Assembly (NCBI GenBank): GCA_013003555.1
Contig: JABDIV010000056.1
Span: 3,384 to 67,383 of the forward strand
Source of the DNA: Flavobacteriaceae bacterium
Lineage (GTDB): Bacteria; Bacteroidota; Bacteroidia; Flavobacteriales; Flavobacteriaceae
Length of the DNA stretch: 64,000 nt
Direction: 5' to 3'
The notes beneath the pieces are model-generated. The model ran no database searches. It saw only the letters and a list, made by a program, of their open reading frames with translations, and was not told the origin of the DNA. This document shows, one piece after another, positions 48,685 to 57,245 of this stretch; the first letter of the stretch is position 1; each line of letters begins with the position of its first letter. A program made the translations under genes and the position numbers.

Positions 48685-48713
48685 AAACTCCCAGGATTCC
48701 TGGGAGTTTTTTT
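48685..48713 (+). terminator. Intrinsic terminator (convergent gene pair)
   Basis: AAACTCCCAGG-att-CCTGGGAGTTT, a perfect 11-bp stem, followed by a T-run. Confidence 0.8.
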
Positions 48714-49407
48714 ATAGATGCAACCCGCATTCTGTTTTTGGATTGTTGTTCCATCTTCCGGATCTGTCTTCGCCCGGAACGGTGCAATGTGAACAGCCTA
48801 TGGAATGATATCCCTTTGCGACCAAAGGATGGAAGGGCAATTTCTGTTTGGCAATTATAGCATCGCGCTCATTTTTGGTAATATCGAGCAAGGGATAAAA
48901 TTTTAAAATTTCACCGCGTGTTTCAAAAATATTCAAGGTATCCCGATGGTCACTTTGCCATTTCATCAATCCGGACATCCATACGCTATAATTTTTCTTG
49001 ATGAGATCAAGAGGCTTTACTTTATTTATATGGCAGCAGTAATCGGGGTTCTTTTTCCATGTTTTATCCGTCGAAGTAAATTTATGCTCCTCTTTTAGAG
49101 CCTTAACCGATTTTACGTTTAAATTATATAATCGGCTTAATTCGGTAACATAATTTATCGTCTCTTTAAAATGGTATCCTGTGTCTATAAAATAAACGGT
49201 TTGCTGTGGACAAACTTCAGAAACAAGTTTTAAAAAAAGGGCAGAGGTAGCGGCGAATGAACTGGTTAACATAATCTCATCTATGTTAAAGTCAGTATAC
49301 AATTGTTCGATACGCTTAATAGGTTCAAGCTTAATATAATTATGATTTAAATCCCGAATTTCTTTTTCTGTTAAAACGGAATTCATGGTTTTTACTAAAG
49401 GTTTCAT
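48712..49407 (-). CDS. cysH: Phosphoadenosine-phosphosulfate (PAPS/APS) reductase
   Basis: PAPS-reductase fold, with the diagnostic C-terminal ECGLH motif (KTECGLHL). Confidence 0.85.
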   Translation of the reverse strand: MKPLVKTMNSVLTEKEIRDLNHNYIKLEPIKRIEQLYTDFNIDEIMLTSSFAATSALFLKLVSEVCPQQTVYFIDTGYHFKETINYVTELSRLYNLNVKSVKALKEEHKFTSTDKTWKKNPDYCCHINKVKPLDLIKKNYSVWMSGLMKWQSDHRDTLNIFETRGEILKFYPLLDITKNERDAIIAKQKLPFHPLVAKGYHSIGCSHCTVPGEDRSGRWNNNPKTECGLHL

Positions 49408-49857
49408 CGATCAATAATTTTGATTTGGTCTAACGCAAATTAGGTTTAATGGCTAGTATTTGAAACTCTAAGTTGTATTTTTATCGAATTCTAAAAAAAC
49501 CCCTATGAAAATTTATTTTTCGAAAACAACACCCATTATAATTGCATAATTCGGAAATGGTTTTCACAGTTTAATCCGATAACTTAACCGGGGAGGAGAG
49601 GTGTTCAAAAACCTATGTTTTTTATTTACTTGAGATCAGACGTTTTTTTTGAACCATGGCGAAATGCCTCGAAAACTTGGAGAATTCGGTATATTTTTCA
49701 ACTAACTGTAAATCAGGTTTATAAATGAAAAAATAGTTCTAAGCCTTAAAAATCCCGATGAAAAACGCTTTTTTTTTCGACCAGTGACGTATAATAGGGG
49801 ATTATTATTGTTTGAATATTAATAATTTTAAAATGTTATTAATTAATCCCTTGAATA

Positions 49858-50259
49858 ATGATAAATCGGGCAGAGAAACTAAGCTTGCTATCCGAGATGA
49901 TCGCGTTCGCGCGAAAGGACAAGAGTTTAAAGGAAATTGAATACAATTTTCTTTTAGGCGTAGCAAGACAACTAGACATTACCAGGGAAGATTTTGAATA
50001 CCTACTAGAAAATCCTGCCACCCATGTCAATCTAAAATCATATAGTGAACGTATCGTTCAATTTCATCGGCTAGTGCTGCTGATGAATATGAATTCAAGA
50101 TATTCTGAGAGAGAACTTATTCGGCTTCACAACTTCGGCTTGCGTATGGGGCTGAGTCATGAATCGATAAACAAGGTGTTGGAACTTATGGAAAGCTTTC
50201 CAAATAAAATTATTCCACCTGACTTTTTAATCGAGATTTTCAAGATACAATACAATTAA
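49858..50259 (+). CDS. TerB-like (tellurite-resistance/DjlA N-domain fold) hypothetical protein
   Basis: 133 aa, all-helical, with two similar halves (EYNFLLGVARQLDITREDFEYLL / ELIRLHNFGLRMGLSHESINKVL). Tentative. Confidence 0.4.
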   Translation: MINRAEKLSLLSEMIAFARKDKSLKEIEYNFLLGVARQLDITREDFEYLLENPATHVNLKSYSERIVQFHRLVLLMNMNSRYSERELIRLHNFGLRMGLSHESINKVLELMESFPNKIIPPDFLIEIFKIQYN

Positions 50260-52259
50260 ACTTTTAGGTCTTCTAATTTCGATTGGTAGGCCTTTATTTC
50301 ATCTCTCAAATGCGCCGCTGCCATAAAATCCAGCGCCTTCGCAGCTTCTTCCATTTGCTTTCGTTTCCAACGAATTTTTTGTTCAAGCTCCGGTTTAGTC
50401 AGATATTTGCTTTCTTCTTCGGCCGCTTTTAGGGCCTCTTGTTCATAATAGTAGGTGCTTACCGAATTTCTTGACAATGCATTATCAAGGCTTTTGTTCA
50501 ATGCCTGTGGTATGATATCATTGGCTTCATTGTAGGCCATTTGTTTTTTTCGCCTGTAATCGGTCTCATCAATAGTCGTTTGCATACTCCGTGTCACTTT
50601 ATCGGCGTACATGATGGCCTTTCCATTTAAATGACGTGCAGCCCGTCCCACTGTTTGAGTCAAAGACCTTGCCGATCGTAAAAATCCTTCTTTGTCGGCA
50701 TCTAAAATGGCAACAAGAGACACTTCAGGCAGGTCAAGCCCTTCTCTTAACAGGTTCACCCCTACGAGGACATCAAATAAGCCCTTTCTCAAGTCCTGCA
50801 TTATTTCAACGCGCTCCAAAGTATCAACGTCACTGTGAATATAACGACAACGCACCTGGATACGCGTAAGATATTTGGTCAGTTCTTCCGCCATTCGTTT
50901 AGTCAGTGTGGTAACCAGGGTTCTTTCATCTTTTTCAACACGTTGCTGAATTTCTTCAATCAAATCATCGATCTGATTCAGGCTTGGTTTGACTTCAATT
51001 TCCGGATCCAGGAGCCCGGTCGGACGTATGACTTGCTCTACATATACGCCTCCGGTTTTCTGCAATTCATAGTCAGCCGGTGTCGCGCTAGCATAGATGA
51101 CCAGGTTTTGTAAAGCTTCAAATTCTTCAAATTTTAATGGCCTGTTATCCATGGCAGCTGGTAATCTGAAACCATATTCAACCAGGTTTTCTTTACGACT
51201 TCGATCACCGCCGTACATAGCATGAACCTGTGAAATGGTGACGTGGCTTTCATCAACAACCATCAAATAATCATCAGGGAAATAATCCAGTAAACAAAAG
51301 GGTCGGGTCCCGGGTTCACGGCCGTCCAGGTAACGAGAATAATTCTCGATCCCTGAGCAATATCCCAATTCACGGATCATCTCAAGGTCGAATTCGGTGC
51401 GTTCCTTTAAGCGCTTTGCTTCAAGGTGTTTTCCTATCTCTTTGAAATAATCATATTGTTTTACAAGGTCTTCCTGAATCTGATATATGGCATTCTGCAA
51501 GATATCCGGAGAGGTCACGAAAATATTAGCCGGGTATATATTAAGTCTGTCAAATTTTTCGATAACGGCATTGGTATGGATATCAAACGCCTCGATCTCT
51601 TCAATTTCATCACCGAAAAAATGAATTCGATAAGCATTGTCAGCATAGCTTGGGAAAACATCAACGGTATCACCTTTGATCCTGAAATTGCCATGTTTAA
51701 ATTCGGCCTCGGTCCGGGAATATAAGCTTTGAACCAGCCGGTGAAGCAACTTTGTTCGCGAAATGACCTGTTCCCTTTCAAGGGTGATCACATTTTTTTG
51801 AAATTCAACCGGGTTTCCGATTCCATAAAGGCAGGAAACCGACGCAACCACCAGAACATCACGCCGTCCGGATAAAAGTGATGAAGTTGTGCTTAAACGC
51901 AGTTTTTCGATCTCTTCATTTATCGATAAATCTTTTTCAATATAGGTCCCGCTAACGGGTAAATAAGCTTCGGGTTGATAGTAATCGTAGTAGGAGACAA
52001 AATACTCTACCGCATTATTTGGGAAAAACTGTTTGAACTCTGAATAGAGCTGAGCCGCTAAGGTTTTGTTATGCGCCAAAACAAGAGTGGGCCTCTGCAC
52101 TTCTTCGATGACATTTGCTACGGTAAAGGTTTTACCAGACCCGGTTACCCCTAAAAGGGTTTGATACTTTTCTTCGGAAAGAATGCCGCTAACCAACTCT
52201 TTTATGGCTTCCGGTTGATCTCCCGTCGGACTAAATTCGGATTCAATTTTGAACTGCAT
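50256..52259 (-). CDS. uvrB: Excinuclease ABC subunit B
   Basis: Walker A GVTGSGKT, helicase motifs, and the C-terminal UVR domain (AAAHLRDEIKAY). Confidence 0.97.
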   Translation of the reverse strand: MQFKIESEFSPTGDQPEAIKELVSGILSEEKYQTLLGVTGSGKTFTVANVIEEVQRPTLVLAHNKTLAAQLYSEFKQFFPNNAVEYFVSYYDYYQPEAYLPVSGTYIEKDLSINEEIEKLRLSTTSSLLSGRRDVLVVASVSCLYGIGNPVEFQKNVITLEREQVISRTKLLHRLVQSLYSRTEAEFKHGNFRIKGDTVDVFPSYADNAYRIHFFGDEIEEIEAFDIHTNAVIEKFDRLNIYPANIFVTSPDILQNAIYQIQEDLVKQYDYFKEIGKHLEAKRLKERTEFDLEMIRELGYCSGIENYSRYLDGREPGTRPFCLLDYFPDDYLMVVDESHVTISQVHAMYGGDRSRKENLVEYGFRLPAAMDNRPLKFEEFEALQNLVIYASATPADYELQKTGGVYVEQVIRPTGLLDPEIEVKPSLNQIDDLIEEIQQRVEKDERTLVTTLTKRMAEELTKYLTRIQVRCRYIHSDVDTLERVEIMQDLRKGLFDVLVGVNLLREGLDLPEVSLVAILDADKEGFLRSARSLTQTVGRAARHLNGKAIMYADKVTRSMQTTIDETDYRRKKQMAYNEANDIIPQALNKSLDNALSRNSVSTYYYEQEALKAAEEESKYLTKPELEQKIRWKRKQMEEAAKALDFMAAAHLRDEIKAYQSKLEDLKV

Positions 52260-52280
52260 TTTGCAAAATTACACAATAAT

Positions 52281-52946
52281 TTAGCGTCTTAATGCGAAAT
52301 GCCCCTTTATCTGGAAGCGCTGATTTCCCTGAACGACGTCGGCCACGTACCAATAGTCATTGGCTGGCATCATCTGGCCATTATACTTGCCGTCCCACCC
52401 TTCGGATGAGGATGATAAAAATGCCAGAAGCTTTCCATAGCGGTCAAAGATATTAATGGTAGTCCCGGGTAAGGTTTCTATTCCAACAATATGCCAGGTA
52501 TCGAAATAACCATCGCTGTTCGGGGTCATAAACTTTGGCGCATCGATTACCAAAACCTCAGTAGTCACCGAGGCACATCCGTTCAGGTCTATAACCGTTA
52601 AAGTATGATAACCAAGGGAAACGTTCTCAAAAACATTAGACTCCTGTGGCTCGCCATCATCGAGAATATAAAGGTAATTTCCAATGCCACTTATGGTTAT
52701 TGTAATATTATTCGGGTCTGAAAAATCAACTGTCTCGGTAATTTCAATGGTAGCCTGCTCCGATTCGATAACCGAAAATGAGGAGATCGTGATACAGCCG
52801 TCGATACTGGTTACCGTTACCGAATAGCTGCCAATATTTTCAATGGTGATCTCAGTTTCCGAAGAGCCTGTTGACCAGGAATAACTGTCGGTATCAATTC
52901 CGGTATCTGCACTTACAACCAATGGGAGATTATCCAGGCAAATCAC
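52281..52946 (-). CDS. C-terminal 221-aa part of a giant T9SS cargo protein (Ig-like segments plus type-B sorting domain), cut off by a 1-nt frameshift
   Basis: No signal peptide and a GTG 'start'. It is collinear with the last 234 aa of the 1109-aa paralogue, with CTD motifs APKFMTPNSDGYFDTW, IFDRYGKLL, GWDGKYNG and NDYWY. Confidence 0.8.
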   Translation of the reverse strand: MICLDNLPLVVSADTGIDTDSYSWSTGSSETEITIENIGSYSVTVTSIDGCITISSFSVIESEQATIEITETVDFSDPNNITITISGIGNYLYILDDGEPQESNVFENVSLGYHTLTVIDLNGCASVTTEVLVIDAPKFMTPNSDGYFDTWHIVGIETLPGTTINIFDRYGKLLAFLSSSSEGWDGKYNGQMMPANDYWYVADVVQGNQRFQIKGHFALRR

Positions 52947-55900
52947 CTGTCTTCAATAGCGACATTCGGTTTTCTATTTACGGTTATTCCGAAGGAGGTA
53001 AGATCGTAGCATCCTGTGTCGTTGTTTTCAACACGGGCAAAGATAGTTTGTCCGTCATAGGCTAAATAATCATTATCGATCGCGTTGCTGGCCGTATTAG
53101 CGTCTGATTCAAGTTCATAATAGGAAACCGTATAATCATTCGCATTTTGTGCCCCAAGAATAATAGGCGATTGCTGGTCCAGGTTGAATTCCAATTCGAA
53201 ATCATAATCGTCATCACAATCGATAAGGTCTGGTGGTGTATTCGCTATTGGATTCGGATTTACCAAAAGGTTAAATTCTTTAATTCTGAAACAACCCGTA
53301 TCGGCATCATTTACCCGAATGAACAGAACGTCATTAATAGAACTGTAATTATATACAACTCCTAAAGCATTGGTCTCATTTTCCGCGTCAGGCTGTGTCG
53401 TATAATAGTTTATGTCAAGCCCTGACGGATTGTTTACAAGAACTGCTGTAGCAGAATCCAGGTTAAATTCAAAATTTTCATTTTCACAAATTTCAATCTG
53501 CGGCAAATCATTCACCAATGGCGGGAGGTTCACGAGTAATTCTAGCGGAAGTACAGCGTAACAACCCGACACCGAATTTAAGACCCTGACATAAACCGTT
53601 TGGGGATTTTCAATATTTTGGTATGAGCCCGGTGAGGTGATGGCGTTAATATCTTGTTCGAGATCATCAACAGATTCGAAATAACTGATTATTATATCAT
53701 CATCCCGAACATCTAAAATTTCGAATTCTGAAACCGTAAGATCGAAAGTCGTACTACCGTCGTAATCTGAATCACAATTTTCTATTGCAGATGGAAGATT
53801 CACCGTTGGAACCTGAACGACATTAAGTCCGAATTCTGCAATGGCATGACAATAGGTACCGTTTTCTATCCTTACATAAATCTGTTGGGGATTTTCAACG
53901 TTGGTGTAAATCAGATCAATTTGGTTTTCGGCATTTTCTGCGTCATCAAATGACGTATGAAAACTCAATTCAAGGGTTTCCGGTGTCCCCGAGTTGATCT
54001 CGATGATCTTATCGTTTAAATCGAAGGTTTCAAATCCATCATTACTTATATCGTCACAAACAATATAGTTAGTTGGAGGTGTAAAAATTGGAATAGAGCC
54101 AACCTCGAGGTCAAATGAAGAAAACCCATAGCAGTCACTATCCGTGATATTCTCAACGCGGACGAAAATCGTCTGTGGACTCGACAAATTGGTATAAAGG
54201 GTGTTTTTATCAATGATATTGGTGCGATTAATCGCGTCAGCTTGTGTTTCGAAATAATAAACCTCCTTCGCAGTCTGGCCATTAAGGATTTCATCATCTT
54301 TTTCTGAAAAGAGGAATTCAGCGGTCTGATTGCCATCGGTCTCACAATTCTGAAAATTCGATATCGGAATGAATTCGGGTAGTGTATTAACGATTATTTC
54401 GATTTCTACCAGCGCATAGCAACTGGTGATCACGCTTTCAATGCGGCTGTATATGAGCTGTGTTTCAGCATTGTAATTAACTGGATCAACTATTGAGTTT
54501 AGATCTGCAATCGCATCGGCTTCGGCAGTAAAAAACACAATGTTAAGGTCTGTCGTATCACTGACCATTTGTGGAATAAAATCATTGAGATTGATCATTG
54601 AAAATCCATCCTGGTCATTATCGCAAATTATCAGTGCTTGCGGCTGAGTTGTCATTGGGGCCGGTATCACATTGATTTCAATTGGTGTGGTATCGAAACA
54701 ACCGCTCAAGTCATTTTGAGCACGCGCATAAAGAATAGTTGGATTTGCCGTATTTGTATAAGATCCTGGCAGACTATTTTGGTCGGCAATGGCATCGGCT
54801 TCATTTAGATAGTAAAAGACAGTGAGATCGGGTGTTCCTGAGGTAATTACTTCATCAAGAGTTCCCAAATCTATGGCGGTGAAACCATCGGAATCAGTAT
54901 CGCAATAGTCGATGGTCTCCGGATCATTCAAAACTACGGGCGGATCTATAACAAGTGTGATTTGACCATCCATTTCACAGGTCGGCAAGGCTAAATGTAT
55001 AAATAGCAGATGCGGACTTGAATTAACGGTATAGGGAATACTTTGGTCAATTTCATTGATCTGATTATTGAGATCATCTTCAGTCTCATAAAAAGAAACC
55101 ACCAGGTTTTCAATATCATTCCCGATTATATCAGCGATGTCCTGAAGATCAAAGGTCTCAATTCCATCCCCAGATTCATCATCACAAACATGAATATCGT
55201 CAGTATTAACCCCTGTTTGTAATAAATTGGCGTGAAGTTCCAATGGAACTACGGTAAAGCATCCGGTAACATCACTTTCTATTCGGATATATATCGTTTG
55301 AACCCCGGCTGTTACATTCTCATAATTTGTTTCATTGGCAATAACGTTAGTTCCGTTTTCTGCATCTTGTTGAAACTGATGAAAGGTCACAGTAACATCG
55401 GTTAAACTGGCCAGGATATCGGGAAGAACTTCAGTAAGATCAAAGAATCCAAAGCCATCATCATCAGATTCGCAGGCGTTGAGTGCCGGCAACGACTGGG
55501 CGTCGAATTCGGGATTTTCAAGTATTTCAAGGGTAAAAGAGGTTGTATTTATGCAGCCTGTAATCGTATTTGTTACACGTACGTATATGGTTTCGTTCGG
55601 AAGACTGTTCATATATGGAGATGGAATTGGATTGTCTCCGGTTTGAGCATCCGCTTGAGTATAATGATAACTCACGATCAGGTTCAGATTGCCCGACGTA
55701 AAATTATCGTCAAAATCAGTAAGCTCAATCAAGGTTGAGCCGTCTGCTAATTCATCATCGCATAGTTGAATATCACCCAGATTATTGATGATGGGTAATG
55801 GATTCACAACCAGGTTAAAACTGGTAAACGCCAGGCATCCATTATCGAGATCTTCAATACGTACGATTATGGTTTGCGGATTGGTACTGTTTTGGATCGG

Positions 55901-57142
55901 TCCGAGAATGGGATTCAGATCGTTTTGAGCATCGCTCAATGAGTAATGATATGAAATGGCATAATTCGCTGGAGGAACCACCGATAAGGCCTCGGCATCT
56001 TTTGTACTGAGATCGAATGTTTCAATCTCATCACCGCTGATATCATCGCAGAGTTCGTAATCTGCAAGAGTATCTGCGGCCTGTTCCGAGTTCAGAGTAA
56101 TAGAAACGTCATCCTGAATAATACAGTCTTCATTGCTAAGAGGGATGGTAATTACAACCTCATAATTTCCCGAGGAATCGGCAATTAATTGAGGATTTGT
56201 TTCGGCAGGCAGAAGCAGGCCATTTCTATACCAGGCATATATGGCTAAGGGATTTTGAATATCCCCATCAATCGTATAATTTTCGGCACATGTTGTAATG
56301 TCGTTACCGAGATCGACGGTTGGGTTGAAACTATTCCCTTGAATGAATACAGCCGAGTCGTAGTTTTCATCGGTTTGATCGGCGATGATCAATTTGATAT
56401 GATATTGAACATTCGGTATAATATTGGCCGAGGCCGATAAAACCACCGTACGTCCGTTATAATTTGTATCTCCAAGGCTGTACCCATCAAAAAATGAATC
56501 ATTTTCTGCCGGACAGAATCCCACGATCTCATCATGGATGGTATTCGTGTTCACCGGAATTGATGTTCCGGGAATCAAAGCGATATTGGTATAGGGATCT
56601 GAGGTTCCTGATTGACGGATTAAAAAGGCGAATCCGTCAGAGTAATCACAGGGAAAATTCCCGAAATACTCTTCAGAGGCCAGTATATAATTAAATTGAA
56701 TGAGGTTAGATATCGAGGTAAAGTCGAATTCTATGGTTGTGGCATTGTAGGTGTTTGAAATGCCGAGTGCGGTTTCAAGGTCAGGATCGGTACCCCAGTT
56801 TAATTCACCGTCATTTAAAATATTGTCATTTGTTGTATTTCCTCCGGAATTCGCGTTTCCGGTAGTAAGCATTATGCCGTTTTCAAAAGGAAAGTTTGAA
56901 AGATCCCGTTCGAAGTAACCAAAACTTGAAAAACCGTTTACTGACCCGTTTATAGGAGAGTTAATATTCGATACTTCAACACAACCCTGAACCAAATATT
57001 GTTCAATCAGATCTTGAGCCGACAGGTTGTTGTCGACACTAATTTTTTGTCCGATTGAGAACTGTGTGCATAAAAATAGCAGCAGAGCCAAATAAAAAGG
57101 CATGCTGTTTTTCATAGCAGAAATACCAAATTGTAGGTTCAT
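52943..57142 (-). CDS. N-terminal 1399-aa part of the same giant cargo protein (choice-of-anchor-L-like head plus 11 repeat modules)
   Basis: Signal peptide, with a likely start at 57115 (MKNSMPFYLALLLF...). The head carries ASEEYFGNF, DGFAFLI and IADQTDENYDSAVFI motifs. Eleven ~95-aa CDD..DG..FDL ... VR.EN..GC modules follow. It ends at a TGA inside a region that continues in the -1 frame. Confidence 0.85.
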   Translation of the reverse strand: MNLQFGISAMKNSMPFYLALLLFLCTQFSIGQKISVDNNLSAQDLIEQYLVQGCVEVSNINSPINGSVNGFSSFGYFERDLSNFPFENGIMLTTGNANSGGNTTNDNILNDGELNWGTDPDLETALGISNTYNATTIEFDFTSISNLIQFNYILASEEYFGNFPCDYSDGFAFLIRQSGTSDPYTNIALIPGTSIPVNTNTIHDEIVGFCPAENDSFFDGYSLGDTNYNGRTVVLSASANIIPNVQYHIKLIIADQTDENYDSAVFIQGNSFNPTVDLGNDITTCAENYTIDGDIQNPLAIYAWYRNGLLLPAETNPQLIADSSGNYEVVITIPLSNEDCIIQDDVSITLNSEQAADTLADYELCDDISGDEIETFDLSTKDAEALSVVPPANYAISYHYSLSDAQNDLNPILGPIQNSTNPQTIIVRIEDLDNGCLAFTSFNLVVNPLPIINNLGDIQLCDDELADGSTLIELTDFDDNFTSGNLNLIVSYHYTQADAQTGDNPIPSPYMNSLPNETIYVRVTNTITGCINTTSFTLEILENPEFDAQSLPALNACESDDDGFGFFDLTEVLPDILASLTDVTVTFHQFQQDAENGTNVIANETNYENVTAGVQTIYIRIESDVTGCFTVVPLELHANLLQTGVNTDDIHVCDDESGDGIETFDLQDIADIIGNDIENLVVSFYETEDDLNNQINEIDQSIPYTVNSSPHLLFIHLALPTCEMDGQITLVIDPPVVLNDPETIDYCDTDSDGFTAIDLGTLDEVITSGTPDLTVFYYLNEADAIADQNSLPGSYTNTANPTILYARAQNDLSGCFDTTPIEINVIPAPMTTQPQALIICDNDQDGFSMINLNDFIPQMVSDTTDLNIVFFTAEADAIADLNSIVDPVNYNAETQLIYSRIESVITSCYALVEIEIIVNTLPEFIPISNFQNCETDGNQTAEFLFSEKDDEILNGQTAKEVYYFETQADAINRTNIIDKNTLYTNLSSPQTIFVRVENITDSDCYGFSSFDLEVGSIPIFTPPTNYIVCDDISNDGFETFDLNDKIIEINSGTPETLELSFHTSFDDAENAENQIDLIYTNVENPQQIYVRIENGTYCHAIAEFGLNVVQVPTVNLPSAIENCDSDYDGSTTFDLTVSEFEILDVRDDDIIISYFESVDDLEQDINAITSPGSYQNIENPQTVYVRVLNSVSGCYAVLPLELLVNLPPLVNDLPQIEICENENFEFNLDSATAVLVNNPSGLDINYYTTQPDAENETNALGVVYNYSSINDVLFIRVNDADTGCFRIKEFNLLVNPNPIANTPPDLIDCDDDYDFELEFNLDQQSPIILGAQNANDYTVSYYELESDANTASNAIDNDYLAYDGQTIFARVENNDTGCYDLTSFGITVNRKPNVAIEDR

Positions 57143-57245
57143 TGTTTTGTGAGCAATGGATTAGACTGGGCTTTCAAGCTGTGAAATTGCTCAAAAATCG
57201 ATGAAATAACAAAAATAATCGATGAAATGCATTATTTTTTAACAA

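Noticed and set aside
52943-52946. Programmed -1 ribosomal frameshift joining the 1399-aa and 221-aa ORFs
   Set aside because: There is no slippery X-XXY-YYZ heptamer and no obvious downstream stimulatory structure. A single-base indel, real or a sequencing error, is the simpler explanation.
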